From: Catajapyx aquilonaris
Taxonomy: Eukaryota
NCBI GenBank assembly: GCA_000934665.2
Contig: KZ538771.1
Location: 1 to 48,644 of the forward strand
Direction of reading: 5' to 3'
DNA length: 48,644 nucleotides
A program made the translations under genes and the position numbers. Positions 12,754-22,962 of this stretch are shown here, piece after piece. How positions within the stretch are numbered: position 1 is the first letter of the stretch; the number at the start of each line of letters is the position of its first letter. Under the pieces are notes generated by a model. The model was not told where the DNA came from and ran no database searches. It saw nothing but the letters and a program-made list of their open reading frames with translations.

Positions 12754-14506
12754 AGGACATACTAATATGATATCGTTAATAGCACTATGGCAGCACCCTC
12801 CTGCTGTATCACCACTTTCAGGGCTTCAATTGTTTGCAGCTTATTGCTGTAAGCATTTTCTTGGCAATGTCAGTAATTCATCATTTACCTCCTGCACCAG
12901 GCACTCAGACATCTTCCGGCCTCCTGCGTGTTGACTCAAAACATTTCCTGTTGTCTCTATTTTTCGCCAATTTGTGAATACAGAATTTTGACTGTACACT
13001 TCCTTCACCATTCTGAAATGTCCTTTGACACTGTTTAAATATATTCACGAACAATACATACACACTGATCAACTGAGGATATGTGTTAGCTCATGTCTTC
13101 GCCATTACGCAGACTTGCATATGAAAGTGCTTGGATGCTGGAATGGACAATTTTCAGCATGTGCTCCTGGCAGATCTTGTTTTGCAATATACAAGGTAAG
13201 TACATGTCAATTTTCATAATAAACCATGCGGTTAATTGAAAAAGTTATTGAGGAATGTTTGGGTTTCCTGGTGAGAGAATCATCCTGCACAATGACAATG
13301 GAAACCTTGTTAAAACCAAGTTTCTTATTTAGAGTAAAACATTCAATACATCAAAATATTCTTTGTACGAGTTGATATCCATACTGAATAACCAGTGTAA
13401 GCCATTTCATGACATAATCAACTTATCCTCTCCACAACTTAGGTTCGGTGGAGATGCATGATTATGTCACTAAATAGCCTGAGCAGGTGTTTGATATGTA
13501 TGTCTCATTACTGTGGCAATATAAATTCAGTGTGCAGGCAAATCTGGGCAGGTGGAACTGTAGAAGCAGTAGTGTTATTGAAAGAGGAGAGGGTTCATGC
13601 ATAACCAATTAAGTGGAAATTATATTGTCTCAGTTGACCAGCAAAGGCTTCCCAGCATGTTCTATATGAATTGAGGCTTATAATTTACGAAAATATCCAG
13701 GCTCTCTTTGTAAGCTTGCAGGTTTACAGCTTCATATGCCACAGTTGAAGACATAAAATTACCTGCCACAGAATATACAAGTGCAGTAGCTTACACTCTG
13801 ATGCCATATAGAAATGGTATACGTATACTACAGGTTTCTAAGAAGGTCAGCTATACAGTATGGCTTAGCTCTGCTACTGGAATTGCAAGGATAAGGTCTT
13901 GTGACCATCATCTTCGACAGGCCTATATTGCACAATGTGAATGGCTGGTTACTTTGGTTCTAAACTACATGCTGTTAGGTATAATAGCAAATTTTAAAAC
14001 AATAAATGTTCATCTTATCACAGCATTATGTAGGCTACCATATACAGCTGGTTCCAATTGAGTTATTGCTTAACTTTGCAATTTTTCTTATTATTTAGCA
14101 CTTTCTTTTAGGAGAAATCAGAACAATTAGCAACTAATGTTAGGTGGAATAAATTAATATTTTTACATGGTCTAGTCTGCACAAATATTTGTTCAACCAC
14201 TGACCTCAGAGACCACTGGGTCAAAATGGGTCATATGCCAAAACGGTCACTGAAAGTCATTTAAGCTGAATGATATGATGGCTAAATGAAAAATACAAAA
14301 TTAGGATATCAAGTCCATACAAAATTATTACTGCATTAATCACATCCTTATTTTTTTTTGCCTATTTGCAAGCTACTCATGGATGGTCTTCCTGAAGCTC
14401 AGCCAGTATAAGAAATATTTCACTGACAAGTGACAACTAATGAATAACTTTAACAATTTTGCGCCTTTATACCCTATGAAAGTAATGGAATGTTGTCAAA
14501 ACTCAC

Positions 14507-14912
14507 CTCCACATGACTCCTGCTCAAAGCAACAGTTTGCCGTCCCAAACACCTCGTTAGGCACACTTCTGTCTGGCTCGAAGCCCATGAGGTGATTTAG
14601 GGATTCAGGTTGACTCTCCTCTGCCTTCGAGGTGGACACAGTGTCCACTCCGGAGAGAGAGTCCTCTGAGAACACCGACTGGATGCTGGTGTTGCTAAGG
14701 CTAGAGGTGAGGTCACTGACTAGTACCTCATTAGGAGTCTTAGCTTTGTCACTCGGAGTGCGACACGCAGCACCAAGTACCTCCTCCAGAACTTGGGCAT
14801 GATCAGGGATGTTAGCAGGCATGACTGGGATGCTATTGGGACGGATCTCCTTGTCTACTACCTCTGGGGACGGCATCGTGGAAACTCCATTCTGTTCGCA
14901 TCCAAGGGGAAC
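14507..14912 (-). CDS. CEP170: CEP170-family coding exon 5 (S/E/P-rich, probably disordered linker)
   Basis: Acceptor gacatgcAG|GTT and 406 nt of open frame VPLGCEQNG...FEQESCG. Donor GAG|GTGAGT, phase 1. Phase-compatible with both neighbours, after a 107-nt intron. Confidence 0.85.
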
Positions 14913-15019
14913 CTGCATGTCACAAAAATGTTGCATATTAATAAGAAGGAAGCAGATCTACACAATGGGAGGCACTCCCAAATATCGCATCAGAATAACA
15001 AGAATGGAAAGCTTTTCAC

Positions 15020-15138
15020 CTGTTCTTCTGACCCAGACAACTTTTCCGCATTGTTCCTTTCCACCACAGTCGTCGTTGACTTCAGGTCTTCAGTGATGGT
15101 TGCTGGTGTTCCCCTCCGCACTTGGTAAACTCCAGAAT
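15020..15138 (-). CDS. CEP170: CEP170-family coding exon 4
   Basis: 119 nt after the AC acceptor, encodes (D)SGVYQVRRGTPATITEDLKSTTTVVERNNAEKLSGSEEQ. Donor CAG|GTGAAA, phase 0. Confidence 0.85.
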
Positions 15139-15742
15139 GTGCCCGATGGTTAAGGGTAATATATGTACAGCACACAGCACTGCTTGAAAACCAGCATGCC
15201 ATGTCGAATTGGACTGATGCTATGGCCGAAACAAACCCACTGATATTGCAAACCGCCTTAGTCACCAGGCTTTTCCTCAATAGGGCTGGAATTTTGAGGA
15301 GGTACCCATGATCAGTCTGGCCGAAACATTTCCCCCACTGCAGCTGCTCCTGACGGCGAAGTAATGCAGCCCCCCTCAGCTTCGACTCAAACCCACCACA
15401 GATTTCTGTCTCCACCTCGAGTTTCGCTGGGGTGTTGGGGGTGAGACACGAGAAAATAATGTTTCAAAGTACCTTCGGCGGAAGAGAGACCACGTTGAGG
15501 GACACATGAAGCGTTTATTGGGTCCTTTTCGGCACCGAACGGAATGATTTAAGCTACCCGGTGGGGGTTTTTTTCCGTCCCCCCCTCCCCCGTTTTTTTT
15601 TTTTTTTTTAAGTAGTACAACTTTCGCGATGCGGGAAATGATGATCGTTGAGGCAACGGTCTAGCCGTTATCGACCCTCCTGCATTCCTCTTTGCCAAGA
15701 ATTTTGACCCCCCTAATTCGAACACTGCTTTTAAAAGGATAT
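15139..15742 (-). other. U12-type (minor spliceosome) AT-AC intron, 604 nt, phase 1
   Basis: 5' splice site |ATATCCTTTT at 15742. Branch point CCCTTAAC at 15156-15149, followed 10 nt later by the terminal AC| (15140-15139). Splicing gives G+AT = Asp and continues in frame. Confidence 0.93.
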
Positions 15743-15821
15743 CGAAGCCAAATCGCAAGCTGTCGTTGTGATCGAGTGCGACGTACGTTTGCTCCGGGAT
15801 TCTGACATCGTTGACAAATGT
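15743..15821 (-). CDS. CEP170: CEP170-family coding exon 3 (end of FHA domain)
   Basis: 79 nt, encodes [26 protein letters not shown] plus the G of the Asp codon. Near-identical to recalled vertebrate [27 protein letters not shown]. Confidence 0.95.
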
Positions 15822-15919
15822 CTGCAAATAAAAACAGGTCATATTATATTTTTAACAGTTGATATGCTTGGGAGAAAATAACAAATAACGTCGCAATATG
15901 TAGACCTCTCGATACTTGC
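15822..15919 (-). other. 98-nt GC-AG intron
   Basis: Donor GGG|GCAAGT and acceptor tttttatttgcAG|ACA. This junction rebuilds the contiguous FHA motif NG-TFVN. The nearest GT dinucleotides would frameshift or insert residues into the motif. Confidence 0.85.
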
Positions 15920-16009
15920 CCCATTTGTGCTATTAAGATCCTTCACTTTGAACTTGTGGTCCTCAGAATCCAAGGTGAGCACTGCATGCCGTTTGTCGAC
16001 ACTGGGACT
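15920..16009 (-). CDS. CEP170: CEP170-family coding exon 2 (FHA domain)
   Basis: Acceptor cattttcAG|, 90 nt, encodes SPSVDKRHAVLTLDSEDHKFKVKDLNSTNG (FHA S-x-x-H-type and DLxSxNG motifs). Ends GGG|GCAAGT, a GC donor. Confidence 0.93.
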
Positions 16010-16152
16010 CTGAAAATGCAACGAGTAGTACACTATTAGGCATAGTAATAGAGGAGCTGGACACGCCCTTCCCTGCGGATAACATTTCTAGGACCACGCC
16101 CGTTTTATCCTAATAGCTTTTATATTGCAACTGCACTCCTGCAATATATTAA

Positions 16153-17534
16153 CCCCTTCGCCCCCCAACTATACCGTCTAGATTTTCGTTTCTGTTCAAC
16201 TTACGTGTACTCTGAAGCAAATGACAAGATATTTTACAAATAATAACAGCTATATTTACACATTCATAATGATGATGATGATGATGATGATGATGATAAT
16301 AATAATAATCGTGGATAGTGCTCTCACCCTTATCGGGTATCTCGCACGGACCTTTATTGATCATTAGGATGCGATGTATACAATACATACGTACAATTGG
16401 AACCTTGAGCCCCAGTCACCCTGCCCCCCAGTCACCCTGCCCCCCAGTCACCCTGCCCCCCAGTCACCCTGCCCATGGGCCCGGGCGCTTCGCCCGGGCC
16501 CATGGGCAGGGTGACTGGGAGGGGATGTGCAATGTGCAGTGCAATGTCTATAACGTGGTACATTTTGTGAACTCCCCAGGGTGGATTAGTCTTTCGGAGA
16601 TTCCACCCGAGACGAAGCCAGAGACGACCCAACTCTGCACGAGATGAAGGGGGGAACCCCGGGCTGGGATCGAACCCGGGGCCTTAACATCCGTGGGCGC
16701 ATACGTTTCCGCAGCGCCACGCCACTTCGCCTCCCCGTTACTTACACATTCATGATGTACTACACTATGAATGTGCTTGGAACATTTTCCTCGTCTAGAA
16801 GTCCCTATATTAATTTCCAAAGAGATCGCCGCAGAGTACCAGCGCCTAGATTTTCGATTACACGAACTCTGAACATAAGGACACGATATTTTACATATAA
16901 TAACAGTTACACTTACGCGTTCATGGAAAATACTGTTATGTGTTTGGAACCATTTTCACTCATCTATAAGTCCCTAAATTAATTCTCCAAAAAATCGCCG
17001 TAAAACACTAAATTCCAGTAGCTACTGCCGACCAAATGTTAGGCTGATTTAATTATGAAATATGTTAAAATATCCTGAATACCTACCGGTACCTTGAGAA
17101 TCGTGCCAGACGAATTTGCCGAAATCGTCGTACTTCGCGAGAATTAAATGAATTGATAAGTTTTCCGAAGTAACAGGAAAGCCTCAGATAAGCATTAATT
17201 AAATTCGCGTAAAGTACGACGATTTCAGCCAATTCATCTGGCACGGTTTTCAAGGCAGGTATTCCGTATATTTTAAAGTAATTCATAATTAAATCAGCCT
17301 AACAGTTGGCCGGTAGTAGGCCTACTCAAATTTCAATTTTTACAGCGATCTCTTTGGAAATTAATTTCGGGATTTCTAGACGATGAAAATGGTTCCAAAC
17401 ACATTCATATAGTGCTTTCTATGAACGTGTAAGTATAGCTGTTATTATTATTTTGTAAAATATCTTGCTCTTATCTTTAGGTACGCGTAAGTGAAAAAAC
17501 TAGGCGATGGCAGGTGTATCTGGGGGCGAAGGGG
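16153..17534. mobile_element. Non-autonomous piggyBac-like foldback element
   Basis: TTAA TSDs at 16149-16152 and 17535-17538, with a 13-bp TIR CCCCTTCGCCCCC. The interior is a long imperfect palindrome centred near 17180, and the left arm carries a tandemly duplicated subunit. Confidence 0.88.
16268..16736 (-). mobile_element. tRNA-derived SINE, family B, inserted in the piggyBac-like element
   Basis: GGGGAGGCGAAGTGG start, B box GGTTCGATCCC and (ATT)(ATC)n tail. Flanking repeat TTACACATTCAT at 16256-16267 and 16742-16753. Contains an internal inverted duplication and 15-16-nt tandem repeats. Confidence 0.88.
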
Positions 17535-18267
17535 TTAATGCAGTCGGATGGAACCCGACATGCATCCTCGTCTCAGGCTACTGACTTTTTGTATTAACTT
17601 AATAGTGGCATAAACAACGACTTCCACCAGCTCCCATCCACACCTACTGCGTTCTATACTGAGATTTTATTTCCACCAAGTTCCACATTGGAAACGCACC
17701 TCGAGGTATATGGTTTTGCTAAAGAGAACTATCCTCAAGCTTAATCATATCTGTAAACTTCAAGCGGCTACAGTGCGGTAAAGCGTAAAGTAGTACTACA
17801 GTACATAGGACCGATTGTCCTGGTCCCTTCGCGGAGGTAGCATGGTACAGTACGACCTGAGCAATTCGCAGATTTATCTATCACAAAGGTCGGGGTCGGG
17901 GTAGTTTCCCTTAGTCAGCAATAGGGATTACCCCAGGGTCTGCAGGGTAACGCACCCTGACCTTACCCTGTTTTGTTAACAGGCCAATACCTGCCCAGTT
18001 AACCAGGAGAAATAAGAATGTTGCCAAGATTTTATGGTATGATCAGAGCTCTCGTGTAGCAGCCGCATCTTTTGAGTGAAAAGGTATTGATTTGACATTT
18101 TTTTAAACATTCAGAAAAACTCGTGCTAGATTTACCGATGATTCACGTATACGATTTACCTGTCATTCGCCCGTGATTCACCTGGTCTAAATGATGAACT
18201 GTGGATCACATTTAAAATACGCACACCCCCCCCCCCCCCCCCCACCACACACACACACACACACACA

Positions 18268-18540
18268 TGTTATAAAGTGCTATCCTTGTGAGGGTCTGGC
18301 AAAAATAAAAATTTAAAACTAACCTAACCTAACCTAACCTAACCTAACCTACAAAATACACACGAAATTTTGGTGACCTATTTTTTCACAGTAAAAAGGA
18401 GGTCTTGGTTTGATTTTCCGCCATCCTTGTGAGGACTGTGTACGTTATGAGGGCCTGAAAAAAGTCCTCGTAAGGTTTTCGGTCCTCACAAGGATAGGAA
18501 ACTTGCGAAAAATATCCTCACAAGGATAGCAATGTCTGAC
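18268..18540. mobile_element. (CA)n-embedded non-autonomous element with (CCTAA)n array, variant 1
   Basis: 16-bp subterminal inverted repeat TGCTATCCTTGTGAGG (18278) / CCTCACAAGGATAGCA (18516). Internal repeats of TGAGGAC/GTCCTCA, (CCTAA)n at about 18318-18351, and CA runs on both sides. Confidence 0.75.
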
Positions 18541-18567
18541 CACACACACATACACACACACACACAC

Positions 18568-18899
18568 TCTTGTCTTGACTAAGGCGTGGGGACGGACATT
18601 GATCACTTTTCACTGCGAGTGTAAACTGATCAAACCTAACCTAACCTAACCTAACCTAACCTAACCTAACCTACCCTACCCTAAGTAACCTAGGCTGAGA
18701 AAAATGGACTTTTGTGAAACCCTACAAATGAAAATAGTGGGGACATGTCCCCACTAATTTACACATGTCCCCACTGTAATGGTACACTTCGCGTGTGTGA
18801 GACTGTGGGGACCGACAAATGTCCCCACAATTGGAACTGGTCCCCACAGCTACAGTAAAACCACAGACTTCCGTCCCCAGACCTTAGTCAAGACCTGAT
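18568..18899. mobile_element. (CA)n-embedded non-autonomous element with (CCTAA)n array, variant 2
   Basis: 25-bp subterminal inverted repeat (23/25 match) at 18572-18596 and 18870-18894, with multiple GTGGGGAC/GTCCCCAC motifs. Homologous to 24132-24474. Confidence 0.82.
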
Positions 18900-21664
18900 C
18901 ACCCACCCACACACACAGTATTGTCCTAATATCAACAGGAAGGGAACATAACACAATAGGTGAAGGCAAAAGAGATGGACACTTCTCCTTTAAGTGTACA
19001 CCTGACCACCATTACTCGTAATTATATATGATTGTACCACAAAGTCGTATACACCTATAATTACGCAAGTAGCCAACCCCTCCGGTGAAGGCCAGTAGAA
19101 GATGGCTAAAAAATACGACTACCACAGTAGGCTTATTTGGGTTTACTTTATTTTGATTGCAACCAGTTTAATAGCCTACAAGTACAATTTATAAATAGAA
19201 CATTCTAAACCACGTGTAACAAAATTCAGCGAACATTCAAGCTTCAGTGAATTTTTCGGTCGCTCCTTAGTCAAGTTGACATGCTACGTATATGGTATAG
19301 TACAGGCCAGGAGAAGAGACATTCCCCCCAGTACATTTTCCCTCACCTTGCAATCAGGGAGCCAACAAGCCTCACCATCGCACGCAAAATTTCCACCTGT
19401 ACGAATCTACACTGAATTGTTACACGCAGTATAATAAAAATGCAAAATAAACAGTGTAATATTCCCGCGACCTCGATGAGTCCGTATTATGTAAAAACCA
19501 GTCCACCCACACGGAGGAGCCCAATAAAATGTAGTACGTATGCAGAAAAATATGTACAGCAATTTTAATAAACATATATGCGGCGCTATATTTGCAATAA
19601 CACCAAACTCCTATATAGCCTACCCATAATTCCAACATCAGAAAACCAATCAGTCAAACTTCGCAGAGAAAATAAGCCCCCCAAAAGCCATTAGTTGTAG
19701 ATTTCTATTCCACGTCCCATCCCGAATGGATTCTTATTACCAAATGGAATCTTGGAAAAGCCTGTGAGCTGCAGGATGTCGTTTCGCACGACTCTTCGAT
19801 CCATCAAAATTTCCTAGATCAATGACGACACAGTTTGTAGTGTCTCCCATACATGCTATAAAACCTCACTCGGAAGTGCCCACGATTTACAAACCCCCAG
19901 TAAAACAATAAATCGCGACACCTACTTCCTTCTGCTGGCTGGACCGACTCTCCCAAAGTTCCTTGTTCCTGGCAACAATATTGGGCGGGATGAGCACAAT
20001 CTCGCTCAGAAACTGCTTCTGCCCCGATATCTCCGATTCCACTTCCATCCTGGCACCAACCCCTCAACGATGTCCAGCAGTGTCACAAACCGCCTGGCAT
20101 GTATGTCCAAACTACTGCTCCAAAAATTACAACCCATGCAAAAATGTGGAAGAATCGCAACTAAGCATCGAGGCCGTTCCAGACCGAGGTTTGCAGCACA
20201 GGATTCGCCACAAAATTCCGAAAATGTCCAAAATTTGCCCCTCTGGTCTTCCTGGGCGGCAACAGCCGAAGGGTTTGATGGGTCACGTTCAAGTGCCAGA
20301 TATAGAGTGGCATCACATGCCATATCAGAACAAGCCCTTCGCTTGTTGTCTCCGCCCTAAGAATTTCTGCACTCATGGTCATCCTCCATCTCATCATGGA
20401 TATCACGTTTCTTTTCTCTCCCACGCCCTTCTTCCACGCCCAATTCGAATATTTTTGGGACACATCTCCCTGCCCTTTCCGGGTTATTTATTTACTGGCA
20501 CAGTCGCAGGCTATGCAACAATAAATACTCAGGGTTATTAGACCTGGAAGTTACAGGGTTCCAGACGAAACTAAATATACGCATTTAAAAGTAGGCCTGC
20601 CTTGTGTTAGCATTCATGTCAGCAATACAATAAAAATAACAAATCTAAAGTATTTTTCTAGGGAAAAGGAATTCTCTGATATACGTAGGCCTACACATAA
20701 ACGCCATTAATTAAGCTTATTGCTTTTCAAACACTGTCGTCTAGAAGTTATATCGTAATCATTAGGAGAAACTGCTCTTTGGACCTCGCCCATGAGAGAG
20801 GACGTGGTGACCTCCATCCATCATCATTTACTCAAAGTAACACTTATAACCGACCAGACCGGGGGTACAACTATACGAATACTGACCCGCACTAAAATTA
20901 TTTTTTATATTTGCTAAAAATAAGTTTCCCGCAGTTAGACAAATATTTTTCAATTTACGTAGTACATTGACCGACTTTGACGCATTTTAATGCATTTATT
21001 TGTGAACATCTAGCTTAGCAAAAAATATGTGAGGTCGTCTAACTACTTAAAAACGTAGTCCTCTTATGCTGTGTATACACATATTTCGCCTCAGGCCATT
21101 TCCAGAAAGTCATTAGACGTAAGGTACAGTAAGTTCTCACGCGTGCGATGGGTCAAAAAAAGGTGCGTTTTTTCGTTGTTTTTTTGCAATGTCCATCTGT
21201 CTGCGGTGCATTTTAGGGGCCTTTCTAAAAAATGCGATGAAAGTGAGGCGGATTCGGATATTCACAAATTCAAACCATAAACGTTACTTTATTTCGGATA
21301 AATATACTATTTTACTACTCGGCTACCATTCAATGCCTGTATTTTTAAAGACTTACTTCTGAATATAAATGATCGAAGCACATTACAGTAAACTCTATCT
21401 GCATATATACCCTTGAGGCATGCTTTCATAATCAGGTACTCCGCTGGAGTACTCTATAGAGAGTTCAAATTTTTTTGTCCACCGCAAATTCACAAACAAC
21501 ACGTGCACGAGAATTACCTCGATTTCACGTTACTTCCGCGAGAGATAAAGAAACTATCATGTATATCGTATTTTTTCAGATATTTAAGCTCTTCCTGTAT
21601 ACACTGTTCATCAATAATAATTTGTACCCATACATTAGACGCATGTAAAATACAAGGTAAAAGT

Positions 21665-21924
21665 TGGGACACACGGTGGCGGAGTGGTTAGCGCCACAGC
21701 CTTCCACCTCTAAGGTCCCGAGTTAGATCCCCGGATCGGACGGAGGATACTTATATGGATAGAGTTTCGATGGGTTCTCTCCGTGTTCGCGTGGGTTTTC
21801 TCGGGGTTCCCCCGTTTCCTCCCGCAATCAAAATCCATCACACGCAGGCAATTATTAAAGACGGTTCACGAAAAGATGATCCCCTAAGAGGCCCAAGGCC
21901 TATCACGGGGTATCCATTATTATT
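21665..21924 (+). mobile_element. V-SINE (tRNA head, V-domain, LINE-like tail)
   Basis: A box GGTGGCGGAGTGG and B-box-like GAGTTAGATCCC. Central GTTCTCTCCGTGTTCGCGTGGGTTTTCTCGGGGTTCCCCCGTTTCCTCCC matches the V-domain consensus as recalled. 11-bp TSD AAGGTAAAAGT at 21654-21664 and 21925-21935. Confidence 0.88.
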
Positions 21925-22723
21925 AAGGTAAAAGTACAGCTTGCATCAATACTTTAAAAAAATACAGGCAAATCCTGCTGCGTCCCCATGCATGTCTTCC
22001 ATCAAAACCGCCTTAAATTTCACTGTTGTAAATAAAAGTCGGAAGAAACATTTCTACCTAAAACATCCGTAAAATCCAACAAGCATGTCACACTCGGGTG
22101 ACAGCTTATGGCCCGCAGATGTGTACAAACCACCAGGGAAGAGCAGAGCAAAAGAACCCGGACAATTTTACACGGGTTTCAGAGGCACTATAGAATCCGG
22201 ACTTGAGTTTCGTCTGCTGCCTTTGTGGACCTAAATTTAAACTCGTCTCGACGCCTGATTTACGATCCGTTTCATGAGTGTCAGTCTTTTAGTACCGGTA
22301 CGCTTGCATATACCATCCGAATATTCACAATGTAAAGACGACATAAATAATCGCAAAATAGATTTTCTGCGATTTTCTTAGATGATTTATAATATGTTGT
22401 AGGCATAACCATTATTGCCAAATTTGTGAAGTGTCGCCAAGGGAAGTGTTGAGACGTCATAGTGTTAATCGCAAATCCCACCTTGTTCCTGCTGGTCCAG
22501 GCTCCAAAGAATTAAAATACGGTCTCAAATTGAAAACTATTTCGGTTCTGCTTTCGATCCCCATGCGGAGTATAGGATCGATGTAGGCCTATACACAGTA
22601 TTTAACAGAAGTATTCCCCAGCAATCGCAGTCCGTTCTTCCAGCATACAAAAATTCCCACCAAAATTGTGTGAAAGTTACAGGTCACCCTTTATCCATCA
22701 TCCCCATCTCCACCATCATCACG

Positions 22724-22880
<157 letters not shown>

Positions 22881-22900
22881 ATCCATAAATTATCAATACC

Positions 22901-22962
22901 ATACTATCTTAGCTTTATTTGGCTGATTATATATAATCAGCCAAATAAAGCTAAGATAGTAT
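22901..22962. repeat. Perfect 62-bp spacerless palindrome (possibly a collapsed MITE)
   Basis: ATACTATCTTAGCTTTATTTGGCTGATTATA followed directly by its exact reverse complement. Confidence 0.95.

Larger units (their letters stand above)
11840..13320. mobile_element. Old long-inverted-repeat (foldback/MITE-like) element hosting nested SINEs
   Basis: About 11840-12050 is the diverged reverse complement of about 13070-13320, e.g. ATTCCTCAATAACTTTTT / AAAAAGTTATTGAGGAAT, ACATGTACTTACC / GGTAAGTACATGT, ATCCAAGCACTTT / AAAGTGCTTGGAT. Outer boundaries are approximate. Confidence 0.75.

Noticed and set aside
13190..13202. Strong plus-strand donor AAG|GTAAGT
   Set aside because: Part of the inverted-repeat arm, mirrored at about 11950; no associated exon.
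16408..16475. Short direct repeats resembling a CRISPR array
   Set aside because: No unique spacers and a eukaryotic context; it is a minisatellite inside a SINE.
18318..18680. (CCTAA)n as a true telomere or chromosome-fusion relic
   Set aside because: Arrays are short and sit at a fixed position within dispersed repeat copies.
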